A DNA stretch of 63,861 bases, filler included, from Chiloscyllium plagiosum (Eukaryota), in assembly GCF_004010195.1 (NCBI RefSeq). It is 4 parts of one record of this genome, joined end to end, with 100 filler letters (N's around TTAATTAATTAA, not from the genome) between each part and the next. Parts side by side here need not be neighbours in the genome. Positions count along the whole stretch, not along the records: positions 1 to 31,694 come from NC_057714.1; 3 more parts are not named here. One strand, given 5' to 3'. The translations under genes were made by a program, and so were the position numbers. The notes below the pieces were generated by a model. It was not told the DNA's origin and ran no database searches. It was given only the letters and a program-made list of their open reading frames with translations. Shown here piece after piece: positions 12,400 to 24,869 of this stretch (positions are counted from its first letter, which is position 1; every line of letters starts with the position of its first letter).

Positions 12400-13409
12400 C
12401 TGTTACATTGGGAAGCCATAGCCCCTGCTCGTGTCCTAGATAGACACTGGGTCATGGAGCTCAGACAGTGACTAGATACTCTATGGGGCATCTGTGATGC
12501 TGAGAGTTAGGTGGATAGCACACACACACAGCAGATCGCCCTGCAGACATGACAGCCTGGGAGAAGGAAGGGTCTGGGGGACTGGGTAATCGGAGAGAAA
12601 CAGTCAGGGAATATAAGAATATCCTAGTGTCTCCCTGCCAATTCGGTTTCCCAGTTTGGAAGCTCATGAAGGTGTAGGCTCCTCAAGGGAGGGCAGTCAG
12701 AGCCATGTCTGTGGCCTCACAAGCAGCCTGACTGTACAGGAGGAGAGGGAGAAGGAAGGAGGAGCAATAGTCACAGGGGAGACAGGAAAGTGAAGAAGGT
12801 GTCAGCGTGTCTGTAATTCTAGGATAGTGGGGTTAAGAATGTCACTGTGGCTGCAGGACAGTCGTCTGGGGGACAGTGAGCAGTCAAGGGTCATGCCCAT
12901 GTTGGTAGGAATGATCCGGGTAGGAAGTGTGAAGTGGTCTGGGTGTCAGAATTTTGGGAGCTCGGTGGATGGTTAGCAAGCCAGTATGCAAATGTAGCAA
13001 TCCCTGGTATACTCGCAGTTCCGTGTCCAAGTGAGAACAGGACTCGGAGTTTTAGGTAGATGAGAGTGTGACTGGAACGATGGTGCAGCAGCACGGGCTT
13101 CAGATTCCTGGGACATTGGGACTTGTTCTGGGGAAGGCAGCAACTGTACGAGCTGGATGGACTAACGTGACAGAGCCGGGACTGAATTTCTTACGGGGTG
13201 TGTGGGAGGGATTGAAAATAACATGGTGTGTGCTTAGGATACAAAAAGGAATAGTAGAGGAGACTACCAGGATTCTCAAAATGATGGGAGACATAGTTGG
13301 TACTAATTTACAACAACAAGTTTAACAGTAGAAGATGGAGTAAGAAAGAAAGCTTTAATCTGAGGTACTCTGTATGGGCATGAAGACTCGGACTGTGGGG
13401 AGTTCCAGN
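12400..13409 (+). mobile_element. Degenerate CR1 ORF1 (coiled coil plus SGNH esterase-like domain) in the palindrome spacer
   Basis: Broken translations ELRQ*LDTLWGICDAE, HVGRND, GFRFLGHW. Confidence 0.7.
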
Positions 13410-13953
13410 NNNNNNNNNNNNNNNNNNNNNNNNNNNNNNNNNNNNNNNNNNNNNNNNNNNNNNNNNNNNNNNNNNNNNNNNNNNNNNNNNNNNNNNNNNN
13501 NNNNNNNNNNNNNNNNNNNNNNNNNNNNNNNNNNNNNNNNNNNNNNNNNNNNNNNNNNNNNNNNNNNNNNNNNNNNNNNNNNNNNNNNNNNNNNNNNNNN
13601 NNNNNNNNNNNNNNNNNNNNNNNNNNNNNNNNNNNNNNNNNNNNNNNNNNNNNNNNNNNNNNNNNNNNNNNNNNNNNNNNNNNNNNNNNNNNNNNNNNNN
13701 NNNNNNNNNNNNNNNNNNNNNNNNNNNNNNNNNNNNNNNNNNNNNNNNNNNNNNNNNNNNNNNNNNNNNNNNNNNNNNNNNNNNNNNNNNNNNNNNNNNN
13801 NNNNNNNNNNNNNNNNNNNNNNNNNNNNNNNNNNNNNNNNNNNNNNNNNNNNNNNNNNNNNNNNNNNNNNNNNNNNNNNNNNNNNNNNNNNNNNNNNNNN
13901 NNNNNNNNGATGTGTAGACTTCAACAAATGCAAATTGACATCCAGCAAGTGTT

Positions 13954-14134
13954 TGAGGAGAAAGTGAGGACTGCAGATGCTGGTGATCAGAGCTGAAAAT
14001 GCGTTTCTGGAAAAGCGGAGCAGGTCAGGCAGCATCCAGGGAACAGGAGAGAAGGGCTTATGCCCGAAACGTCGATTCTCCTGTTCCCTGGATGCTGCCT
14101 GACCTGCTGCGCTTTTCCAGCAACATATTTTCAG
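13954..14134. mobile_element. Penelope-derived fold-back element (inverted pLTR pair)
   Basis: Self-complementary arms; ATCCAGCAAGTGTT duplicated at 13940-13953 and 14135-14148. Confidence 0.8.
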
Positions 14135-15152
14135 ATCCAGCAAGTGTTGTCTTGTCTTGGACACTTGGATGGAGATTTGGATGTGACAGACTTGGATGTG
14201 ACAGAGTGAGAAGACTTGCAGTAACTGGGGGGAATATAAACCTTTGGGGCACTGGTGGGTTTCAAAGACCCTCAAGCAATGAGGAGGTGCAGAGAATGGG
14301 TGCATTCCAAATAGTGGGATTGTAGGAGCTGGAATTCCTGAGATGATAAGGAGGAAGAAATTTTAGCACACGCAACCATTGTAATTACAGAGATTTAGGA
14401 AGGGAATCTGTGCTGTCATTGATTACAATTATATGGAGAGTAACAGAAACTGAAGGGGTTACAAATTTAAAAAGGGAGAGATTTTTGGTGATCAGAAGTT
14501 TAAAGAAGAATAAAGAAATTTTAGTGATCTCTTGCACAGATGGGAATGGAGGAGGTGAGATATTGTGAGGAACTGTCAGATTTATATGGCTGGGAGGATG
14601 TCAGATATAATAGGGAGATTTGCATTGTCTGTATGCAGTTACAGACATGAGGAGTGTTGTAGCGCCTGCTGGAGGGGAGACAGATAACAACACTTCCAAG
14701 GGCTGGTGCAGTGGTTCAGGAAGGCAGCTCACTACCACCTTCTCAAGGACAACTCCAAATCAACAATAAATGCTGGCTCAGCCAACAAAGCTCATGTTCA
14801 TGAATGAATGAAGGAATAAAAGATCTGCAAGCAGCACTGAAGTCACTCTGGAAGGCTCTTTCAACAGCATTTCACAAACCCGGAATCACTATAACCTGGA
14901 AGTACATTAGTTCCAGGTGCACGGGAACATCAGCATTTCTAAAGAGCCCTCCAAATGAAGCTCCATCCTCCCAGCACTGAGTCTGTCCCTACACCCAAAG
15001 GACTGCAGTGGGTCAGGAAGGCAGCTAACCATCAACTTCTCCAGGGAATTACTGATGGGAATGTAATGGTGAAACTCTGCTGTTTGCAGCCAGATAGAAA
15101 AAAGAATCCAGCAGTTTGTGTGAAATGAAATTTCCGTTTCAGAACAACATGC

Positions 15153-16977
15153 AGGTCGTGCCTCACAAACCTTATTGAATTCTTTGAAAAGGTGACGATA
15201 GAAAAAAGATCCAGCAGTTTGTGTGAAATGAAATTTCCGTTTCAGAACAACATGCAGGTCGTGCCTCACAAACCTTATTGAATTCTTTGAAAAGGTGACG
15301 AAGGAGGTTGATGAGGGGAAAGCGGTAGATGTGGTATATATGGATTTTAGTAAGGCTTTTGATAAGGTTCCCCATGGTAGGCTACTGCAGAAAATACGGA
15401 GATATGGCATTGAGGGTGAGTTGGAGGTTTGGATTAGGAATTGGCTGGATGGAAGAAGACAGAGGGTAGTAGTTGATGGCAAAGTTTTTTTCATGGAGTG
15501 CCGTCACGAGCGGTTTCCACAAGGATCTGTTTTGGGACCATTGCTGTTTGTCATTTTTATAAATGACCTGGAAGAGGGGTTAGAAGGTTGGGTGAGCAAG
15601 TTTGCGGATGATACGAAAGTCGGAGGAGTTGTTGACAGTGAGGAAGCATGTGGCAGGTTACAGCAGGATATAGAGAAGCTGCAGAGCTGGGCAGAAAGGT
15701 GGCAAATGGAATTCAATGTAGCTAAGTGTGAGGTGAGTCACTTTGGGAAGAATAACAAAAAGATGGGGTACGGGGCTAATGGAGTTGTTACTTTTACTAT
15801 AACTTGTTCTTGGCTTCTCGAATTTTCACAAATTACTGCACGGGATAAACCTTTTCTGTGTTGCTGGGTTAAATTGAGCAGGAGGGTTTACCCTGTGTCG
15901 TAACACGTTTACTTACAGAAAATAGAAACTAATTAAGCTTAATTAAAGGATATATCTGTCAGATATCAAAGTGAGCTAAGACTACATTATCATGTTGAAG
16001 AAGAGGATATTGCACCATTCCTCAGGGTTAAAATCACATCTTGAGAAACACCTTCAGTTGGCCATACCCTGACTAATGATTATTGGGGCATTGTGGGTTG
16101 TTCTCGGTGACCCACCATGGGCCACGGCGGAAGCTCTTGGATAAAATGGGTCTTTTGCTTGGTTTAGTTCACGTACTTCACAATGATACCTGTGCGGAAA
16201 CAAGACAGGATTGTAAAGGAGCAGAAGGAGGCCTTTCAGACCATTGTGTCTGCATCAATTTTGGAAGTGAGCATCATTCTCCAGTTCTCCCCCAACAACC
16301 CTTGTTGTCTTGGTGTCCATGTACACAGATCTCTGAAAGTTGCCACCCAGGTAAATAGTGCGGTGAGGAAGGCATATGGCGTACTGGCTTTTATTGGTAG
16401 AGGAATTGAGTTCCGGAGTCCTGAGGTCATGATGCAGTTGTATAAGACTCTGGTGCGGCCGCATCTGGAATATTGTGTGCAGTTTTGGTCGCCATACTAT
16501 AGGAAGGATGTGGAGGCACTGGAACGGGTGCAGAGGAGGTTTACCAGGATGTTGCCTGGTATGGAAGGAAGATCGTATGAGGATAGACTGAGACACTTGG
16601 GGCTGTTTTCATTAGAGAAAAGAAGGTTTAGGGGTGACTTGATTGAGGTGTACAAGATGATTAGGGGGTTAGATAGGGTTGAACCTTTTCCCGCGTATGG
16701 AGTCGGGTATTACAAGGGGGCATAGCTTTAAATAAATTAAGGGGGGGTAGATATAGGACTGAAATTAGGGGTAGGTTCTTCACTCAGCGAGTCGTAAGTT
16801 CATGGAATGCCCTGCCAGTAGCAGTGGTGGACTCTCCCTCTTTATGGGCATTTAAGCGGGCATTGGATAGGTATATGGAGGATAGTGGGTTAGTATAGGT
16901 TAGGTGGGCTTGGATCGGCGCAACATCGAGGGCCAAAGGGCCTGTACTGCGCTGTATTCTTCTATGTTCTATGTTCT
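15153..16977 (+). mobile_element. CR1 LINE present only in the right arm, interrupted by a foreign segment at 15782-16308
   Basis: YMDFSKAFDKV, PQGSVLGPLLF, SKFADDTKV, RPHLEYCVQFWSP; (TTCTATG)n tail; ATGC at both ends; empty site at 10337-10340 in the left arm. Confidence 0.93.
15782..15905 (+). repeat. 3' end of a Gypsy-type LTR
   Basis: Ends ...GGGTTTACCCTGTGTCGTAACA; resembles the reverse complement of 28670-28720. Confidence 0.6.
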
Positions 16978-17105
16978 ATGCTGAGCATGGAGAGAGGATT
17001 TGTCTGATTGGCGCAAGACAGAGAGTGTGAAGAAAGGGGTCTTTTTCACGATGGGAACTGGTGATGGGGGGAGCGCCGCAGGGGTCAGTGTTGGGACTAC
17101 ACTCT

Positions 17106-18471
17106 ACACATAGAGTCATAGAGAGATATACAGCATGGAAATAGACCCTTCGGTCCAACCCATCCATGCCGATATGATATCCCAACCCAATCTTGTCCCA
17201 CCAGCCAGTGTCCGGCCCATGTTCCTCCAAACACTTCCTATTCATATACCCATCGAAATGCATCTTAAATGTTGCAATTGTACCAGCCTCCACCACATCC
17301 TCTGGCAGCTCATTGCATACACGTACCAACCGCTGCGTGAGAAAATTGCCCCTTCGGTCTCTTTTATATCTTTCCTATCTCACTTTAAACCTATGTCCTC
17401 TAGTTCTGGATTCCTCGACCCCAGGGAAAAGTCTTTGTCTATTTACCCTATTCATGCCCCTCATAATTTTGTAAACCTCTATACGGTCACCCCTCAGCTT
17501 CCGACGCTCCAGCCTGCTCAGCCTCTCCCTGTAGCTCAGATCCTCCAACCATGGCAACATCCTTGTAAATCTTTTCTGAACCTTTTCAAGTTTCACAGCA
17601 TCTTTCCGATAGGAAGGAGACCAAAATTGCACGCAATATTCCTTTGATGGCCAAACCAATGTCTTGAACAGCCGCAACATGACCTCCCAACTCCTGTACT
17701 CAATACTCTGACCCATAAAGGCAAGTATACCAAACGCTTTCTGCACTATCCTATCTCCCTGCGACTCCACTTTCAAGGAGCTATGAATCTGCACTCCAAG
17801 GTCTCTTTGTTCAGCAACACTCCCTAGGACCTTACCATTAAGTGTATAAATCCTGCTAAGATTTGCTTTCCCAAAATGTAGCTTGTCGCATTTATCTGAA
17901 ATAAACTCCATCTGCCACTTCTCAGCCCATTGGTCCATCTGGTCCAAATCCTGTTGTAATTTGAGGTAACCCTCTTCACTGTCCACTGCACCTCCAAATT
18001 TGGTGTCATCTGCAAACTTACTAAATGTACCTCTTATGCTCGCATCCAAATCATTTATGTCAATGACAAAACCGTAGAGGGCCCAGCACCGATCCTGTGG
18101 CCTGTAGAGACTGGAGGTCACAGGCCTCCAGTCTGAAAAACAACCGTCCACCACCACCCTCTGTCTTCTACCTTTGAGCCAGTTCTGTATCCAAATGGCT
18201 AGTTCTCCCTGTATTCCGTGAGATCTAACCTTGCTAATCAGTCTCCCCTGGGAAACCTTGTCGAACGGCTTACTCAAGTCCATATAGATCACATCTACTG
18301 CTCTGCCCTCATCAATCTTCTTTGTTACTTCTTCAAAAAACTCAATCAAGTTTGCGAGCCATGATTTCCCACGCACAAAGTCATGCTGACTCTCTCGAAT
18401 CAGTCCTTGTCTTTCCAAATACATGTACATCCTGTCCCTCAGGATTCACTCCAACAACTTGCCCACCACCA
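17106..18471 (-). mobile_element. CR1/HER1 LINE, mirror of 8833-10210 (351-aa RT remnant)
   Basis: ORF 17375..18430 with YMDLSKPFDKV and SKFADDTK. Confidence 0.95.
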
Positions 18472-19544
18472 TTAAGAGTCTGGACAAAAGATGTGAAGGG
18501 GTACGAGAAATAAGTTTCAAAGGAAGATCCCAGGGATGAAATTCGTATCATATGAGGAGCAGGTGAAGTCTCTGGGTCTGCACTTTATGAAGTTTCAGAG
18601 GTGGCGGCAGAATCTCACTCAAACTTACAGATAAACGAGGGGGTGGGGGGTGGGGCTGGATGAAGTGGACGTGGGCAAGGTTTCTCCACGAGCAGGAGAG
18701 ACTCGGGGCCAAGGGCACTGCTTCAGAGTGAAGGGACGACCCTTTAGAATAGAGATGTGGAGGAATGTATTCAGCCAGAGGGTGATGGATCTGTGGAACT
18801 CACTGCTTCATGGGTCTGTGGGTCCGAAGTGATTAAACGTGTCTAACTCAGAGATAGCTAAGTTCTTGATAAGTAAGGAGATCAAAGGTAATAGGGAGTA
18901 AGTGAGAGAATAGGGTTGAGAAACAATTCAGCCATAATCAAATAGTGGAATAGACCCGATGGACCGAATGGCCTAATTCTGCACCTATACGCGATGGTCT
19001 TATGGACTTTTCGATAGGTTTCTAAGTGTGCACTTAGCATTTTTGGCATGTCGTTTACAATACATTCCAGCACCTTCCTGATTATTGCTGTCACCTCTTG
19101 GTTTAAGATCAACTGCAGAGATCTACATCACAGAGTAACGTGGGAATCCTTGTGTATAAATCTCAGAAAGGTAGCATACAGGGCCAGCAGGTCATAGAAA
19201 AGGCAAATTGAATGCTGGCATTGTTTCCAAAGGGAATGGAGAATAAAAATAGGGAAGGCTTGTAACAATTATAGAGGACTCCAGTCAGCCCACACCAAGA
19301 ACATTGTAAACAGGTTTGGTCCCCTATCTGGAGGGAAAATGTCCTTGCATTGGAGGCAGCCCAGAGAAGGTTCACCAGGCTGTTCTTCAAAATGGAGGGA
19401 CTTTGATGAGAAGAGGAGGAGAAGGTTGAACTTGCAGTCGTTAAATTTTAGAAAATGAGGCACAAGTATTGATAAACCGAAGATTCTTGTGTTCTTACAG
19501 ATTCGGTACTGAGACATTGTTTTCCTGATCAGGGATCTGTAACC

Positions 19545-21207
19545 GAGATAAACGGGAATACAGACACCAGAGAAACTAACAGAGAAAAGCTGGGTTGGAG
19601 AGACTGCAGGATGTTACACAGTTCGGGTGATTGGAGATCACTGTTAGTAGTTTGAGATCAGATAGGTTGTCGGCCTGAAAGATATCAAGGAGAGATACAG
19701 GGTTATCAGTCCTGAGAAAGTTACAGAGATCGGGAGGAATAAAAGGACTAAAGATTAAACAGATAGGGGTGGTTGTTGGAGTTCAGGAGATACAGAGACT
19801 GGGACATGTGTCAGGACGAGAGATTACATAGATATTGGTGGTAGCTGGAGCTACAGAAGGTTTTAGAGAAAGGGAGGGTGTTTGACACTGGAGATTAGAC
19901 AGATTGGGGTGGTATTTGGAGCTACCGGAATTTATAGAGAAAGGGAGGATTGGAGGCACATAGATTACATAGATGGGGTGGTAGTTGAAGCTGCAGGAGT
20001 TTATAGAGACCGGAATGATTATTGGTGCTGGAGATTACACTGACATGCACAACAGTTGGAGCTGCGGGAGCGAGTGAAATAGGGAGGGTTGAAGGGGCTG
20101 GATCAGTTCACACACCCATGGAGAAGTGGAGGGATTGGAGGAGCCAGAGATACTGAGGATTTTAGGGTTGCAGGAGTTCAGAGAGCTAGTGAGAACTGTG
20201 AAGGCAGGTTTGAAGAATTGCCATCAGTTAATAGACATGTGGAGTGCTGTTCTGGAGGAGGTTACAGAAATCAACAGGATTGCAGATTCTGGAAAATATT
20301 ACAAAGACAGTGAGCTGTAGTATTTGAGGAGGTTACAGCGACAGGATGCATTGAGGAGTTGGAGGCTGCTGCAGGTGTTAAACGTGCTGCAAGGGATCAA
20401 TAACCTTACAGCATCAGGGGAGTTGGCAGCTCTGGAGATAAAGAATGAGAATTCAGTAACTGAAGAATATCACAGAGATGGGGAGTAACATATGAGTTAG
20501 AGGAGTTATGACATGAGATGAGCTGTATTCAATGGAGTCAGGAAAGATGCAGGGAGATTTGAAGGGACGACAGGTGATCAAAAGGACAGTGAGGCTTCTC
20601 AGTGTAGGATTGGGGCAGTTCATGCAGGCAGGGAGTATTTTATGGAATTGTGCTATTTGCAGAGATTAAGGGAGTTGTATAGAATTGAGGAATGAACAGA
20701 GATATGGAAGGCTGTAGTTAATGAAAACACTTGTTTATGTCGGATGCTGTGGTTCTGGAAATTATATGTACCGGAAAGCTGAGCAATCTGTCAGAGCTTA
20801 GAGATAGGAACAGCAATAGAGCCTGGAGACACCATCACAGATAGGGAGCATTGGATACACTGGAGGAAGTTTCTGCTTTAGGGATGGTTGTAGGGGAATG
20901 TAACGTTTACATCAATAAGTGTGTAAGTGCTGGAGAAGGGTATGGATATGATTAGATTGGTGGGGAGACTAGAGGAGCTTAAATTAACAGGGTGGGTGAT
21001 AGTGACGGGAAGATGTTACATAGATCACCAGTCTTGTAGAAACTGATCGGGAGAGTGACAAGCATTGGAGTTGGTTCTACAGATCGGGTTTGTTGCAGGG
21101 ACCTGAGAGGATTACACAGACAGGGAGGATTGTAGGATGTCCACATTTTCAGAGTGTTCCAGGACTGGAAAAGGTTACACAGCTAAGGAGGGATATTGGA
21201 GCTGTGG
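19545..21207 (-). repeat. Mirror copy of the degenerate L2-like tandem array
   Basis: Reverse complement of 6097-7760; recurring GGAG(G/A)TTACA. Confidence 0.6.
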
Positions 21208-21815
21208 TGAGAGAGAAACTTTTCAGGTTGTCAGGTGCATGTTGATTTTAACGAATATAGAGGACCTTTAAAGAAATAGTTTTAAGCTAATAAATAACTT
21301 TTGGTATTGTAGCTTGACCACAAGAGAAGTAGGAGGGACATTTCGCAATAAGCTTATAGTTTGTAGGTCCGCTTTTTGGTCTATCATCATAGTAAAGGGT
21401 GATCTCAGAAGTCAGAAGGTTAGAAAAGAGGAACTGGATAAAATGACAGAAAGGTTGTAACGAACAAGGACAGCCAAATGAGACATATTTAAAAGGAAAA
21501 CAAGTGAGGTAATTAATAAGTATGATCGACTTAGGCTTGGGTGCAGGGAATTACCAAATGAGGGAATAACGGGCGCAAGTAATAACCAAAGAAGGGGGTA
21601 GAAAGAAATAGGCACTTATGATAGGTTTATTGCTTAGTGTAGGGGTGTCGAGAGACCCCTCAGAAAGGGTCTCATAAAAAAGCTCTGTATTTTACTGTCG
21701 GGTGTGACTCTCCTTGTAGAGCCACCCAACTTTAAAGATGTTCGAATAAATGTACTGCTTCGGATCTCTTTGACTTGGACTGAAAATTATTGATTAAGTG
21801 GGTTAGTTTCTCACA
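21208..21815 (+). repeat. ERV 5' LTR (608 bp), right copy
   Basis: TG...TCTCACA termini; CATAAAA at ~21673; AATAAA at 21745-21750. Confidence 0.9.
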
Positions 21816-21817
21816 AT

Positions 21818-21835
21818 TGAGGGCTCGTCCGGGAT
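21818..21835 (+). promoter_or_regulatory. tRNA-Pro primer-binding site (one mismatch)
   Basis: TGAGGGCTCGTCCGGGAT versus the canonical TGGGGGCTCGTCCGGGAT. Confidence 0.92.
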
Positions 21836-22423
21836 GAACTTCACCTCCTGAAAAGGCTCCCACATTCGATAACTGAGAAGGTGCGCCCCGTTCCCCGTTT
21901 TTCAGCGGTGGATGGCTTGAGGGATTGCGTAAATTGAATTCTATAAGAATCGTTCCGAACCAGTTGGCAGTGAGTGTGTGTACTTTGAGTTGAACTCATG
22001 GGGACCTTGGGTGGGACCTAAGGGGGAAGGCACAACCGGAAGACGTCTAATAGCCACGTAGCTCTGTGCACAGACCAAGGTAAGGAAACTGACTTTTAAG
22101 TATTACCTTGGTGGCTGGGTCTTGGGTTTTAGTAGTTATGAGGTGTTAATGAAAGTAACCTGGGGGTTCGGGAGTTCCAAACTCCTACCTCGAGTAGGAC
22201 TCGAGGTTTCTGGTTCATAAGGGTGGGACCCCTAACTCGATTGCCTTTTCGCGATTTACAAGGACACCAGAATCACCTGACAGGGGTCAGGCTAACCCAT
22301 AAAAAGTGCCCTATCTTGAGTTGGACTCAAGGATTTTCTAGGGAAAGGTTCCTCAGATTCTGTAGGGATTGGATACCTATTGGGAGAGGTGATTGAAGCC
22401 ACTGGGTGGTGAACGAGGGTGAA

Positions 22424-23580
22424 ATGGGTTATGCAACAAGTAGTAAAGGAAAATCTTCCGCTGAGAAGGGAAGCGTTCCTGGCAACATTCCTCGAGAAAG
22501 TCCGTTGGGTAAGATGTTGGGAAATTGGAAGCAAAATGAACACACACGATAAAAAGCTAGAAAGAAGATGATTAAGTGTTGTAGTTTTGTATGGACTAAG
22601 GAACATATTCTTCGTCCTGCCATCTTCTGGCCAAAGTACGAGTCGGACGAAGACTGGGTTTGTCAATGTTTAAATTTTTATGTTAATGAAAAATAACCCT
22701 TCAGTCAGGAGGAGTCTGATTATGCGTTCTGTTGGAAGGGTGGATCTAAAATACGGATGTGCATTGTAAAAATAGATGAAAAGAAAATCCCTTGTACACC
22801 ACCTTTATCCCCATGAGAGCTATTAGATAATTTACCTCCCGCCATTTGGAAGAATCCAACAGCCCATGGCGGTTTCTGGTACGAGTCAGGGGCAGGNNNN
22901 NNNNNNNNNNNNNNNNNNNNNNNNNNNNNNNNNNNNNNNNNNNNNNNNNNNNNNNNNNNNNNNNNNNNNNNNNNNNNNNNNNNNNNNNNNNNNNNNNNNN
23001 NNNNNNNNNNNNNNNNNNNNNNNNNNNNNNNNNNNNNNNNNNNNNNNNNNNNNNNNNNNNNNNNNNNNNNNNNNNNNNNNNNNNNNNNNNNNNNNNNNNN
23101 NNNNNNNNNNNNNNAAGTTCCCCTTAAGAGACCCCAATTGGGATAATCAGAAACAAGAAAATAGGGAAAAGATGAAAATTATGAAAAGTGTATTAATAAG
23201 GGCAATTGGAGAAGCAATTGAAGGCATTTGAGGTACGTCAAGGAAAGGAAGAGAGTCCCTCGGCGTTTTTACAAAGACTGAAGGACTCTATGTGCAAATA
23301 TTCTGGGATGGATTTAGAGGGGCCAGTAGGGGAAGGATTGTTGAAAATATACTTTGCGACTAAGTCTTGGCCAGATATTCAGAAGAAAATACAGAAAATA
23401 TTGGGATGGAGTGAGAAACCATTTGATGAATTGCTGAGGGAGGGTCAGAGAGTACTTTTAAGGAGAGAGGACGAAAAACATAAACAAAAGGCAAAAATAA
23501 GGCAAAAAAGACTGAAACACAGGAAATAGATAACCGACGGAATATGTGGCCAAATGAGAAAAACCAACGGTATGGTAGAG
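22424..23580 (+). pseudogene. gag: ERV gag remnant (contains an N gap)
   Basis: ATG-GGT start, PRESPLGKMLGNW MA-like segment, WPKYES, MHR-like EVRQGKEESPSAFLQRL. Confidence 0.88.
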
Positions 23581-24856
23581 GAAGGGGGATACCCTAGAAG
23601 TAAGGGGGAATAGATTGACAGATGAGGCAGCTAGGGTGGTGGCCATGAGTCCACCAGAAGCAGTAATATGTCCCCTGATACCTTTGCTCCCTGATCCTCC
23701 GAGTACTCCGTTATTTAATAATAAGGAGGAGGAGGAACTGAAAGATATTAGTGCGTTTAAAACAGAAGAGGGCTGTTGGCTGCTACCTGATGGAATGGAG
23801 ATGCTTAATAAAATGATGACGCGAGAAATTATGACCATTTTGCATCAGGGAAGTCATGGGTGGGGGGGGGGGGGGGGGGGGTGCAGGCAATGTGCGATTT
23901 AGTCCTGCGAAAATATGGGTGTAAAGAAGTATATACCATTGCCAAACAGATATGTGAAGGATGTATAACATATAAAAAGATAAACAAAAAGGTTTTGAGG
24001 AGACAGGTTCAGGGAGGACGACCACCTGGGCTACGACCATTTCAGAATATCCAGGTAGGTTATACCGATTTACCCCGTGTGGAAAGTTTGAAGTACCTGT
24101 TGGTGCTCGTTGACCATATGTTCGGTTTGAATCATACCCCTTGGCTACAGCCACCGAGAATTGGGTATGCAAGGTGATTCTTGAACAGATAATTCCCAGG
24201 TACTGGATAGTAGAACATATAGACTCAGATCAAGGTACACATTTTACTTCTAAAGTATTATAGGAGACAATGAAGAGTTTAGGAATCTCCTGGGAATTCC
24301 ACACCCCTTGGCACCCGTCCTCATCAGGAAAGGTTGAAAGAATGAATCAGACGCTGAAAAAGCAACTGTCTAAATTAGTACTTGAGACCAAACCCCCGTG
24401 GACAAAGTGTCTACCCTCGGCGAATAGCACAGAAAAACGACTTGGGACTGTCCCCAATGAAATATTGTTCGGCTTACCTTATTTGGGCACAAAAGTGGTG
24501 GTTCAAATTAATGAACAGAAGTTAAAGAAGTATGTACTGGCCCTGTCCGATTCTCTATCTTTTCTTCAAACTCAGGGTCAGCTTGCCGAGACGCCACCCC
24601 CTTGACTTTGCAGTGCATCCGCTCAGACCGGGCGATTGGGTACTAATCAAATCGTAGTCGGAGACGAAACTTCAGCCAGACTGGGAAGGTCCGTATCAAG
24701 CCCTCCTCATGACAGAGACGGCAATTAGGACGGCCGAAAAGGGCTGGACACATTATACAAGAATCAAAAGGCCAGTCAAACCCCCGAACGACAAGGGAAT
24801 TTGGATAACAGAAACAACAACGGAACCGTTTAAACTTAAGTTAAAGAGAACTGTTT
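23581..24856 (+). pseudogene. pol: ERV pol remnant (RNase H C-terminus plus integrase)
   Basis: KGDTLEVRGNRLTDEAAR; IDSDQGTHFTS; HTPWHPSSSGKVERMNQTLK; WEGPYQ. Confidence 0.92.
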
Positions 24857-24869
24857 AAAGGAACGTTTA

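Noticed and set aside
13355..14305. Long ORFs spanning N runs (also 22846-23231, 61180-61749)
   Set aside because: Length comes from Ns or tandem repeats
5489..21815. The two LTRs as the ends of one giant element
   Set aside because: They are inverted and each is followed outward by its own PBS and gag; both are 5' LTR copies produced by the duplication
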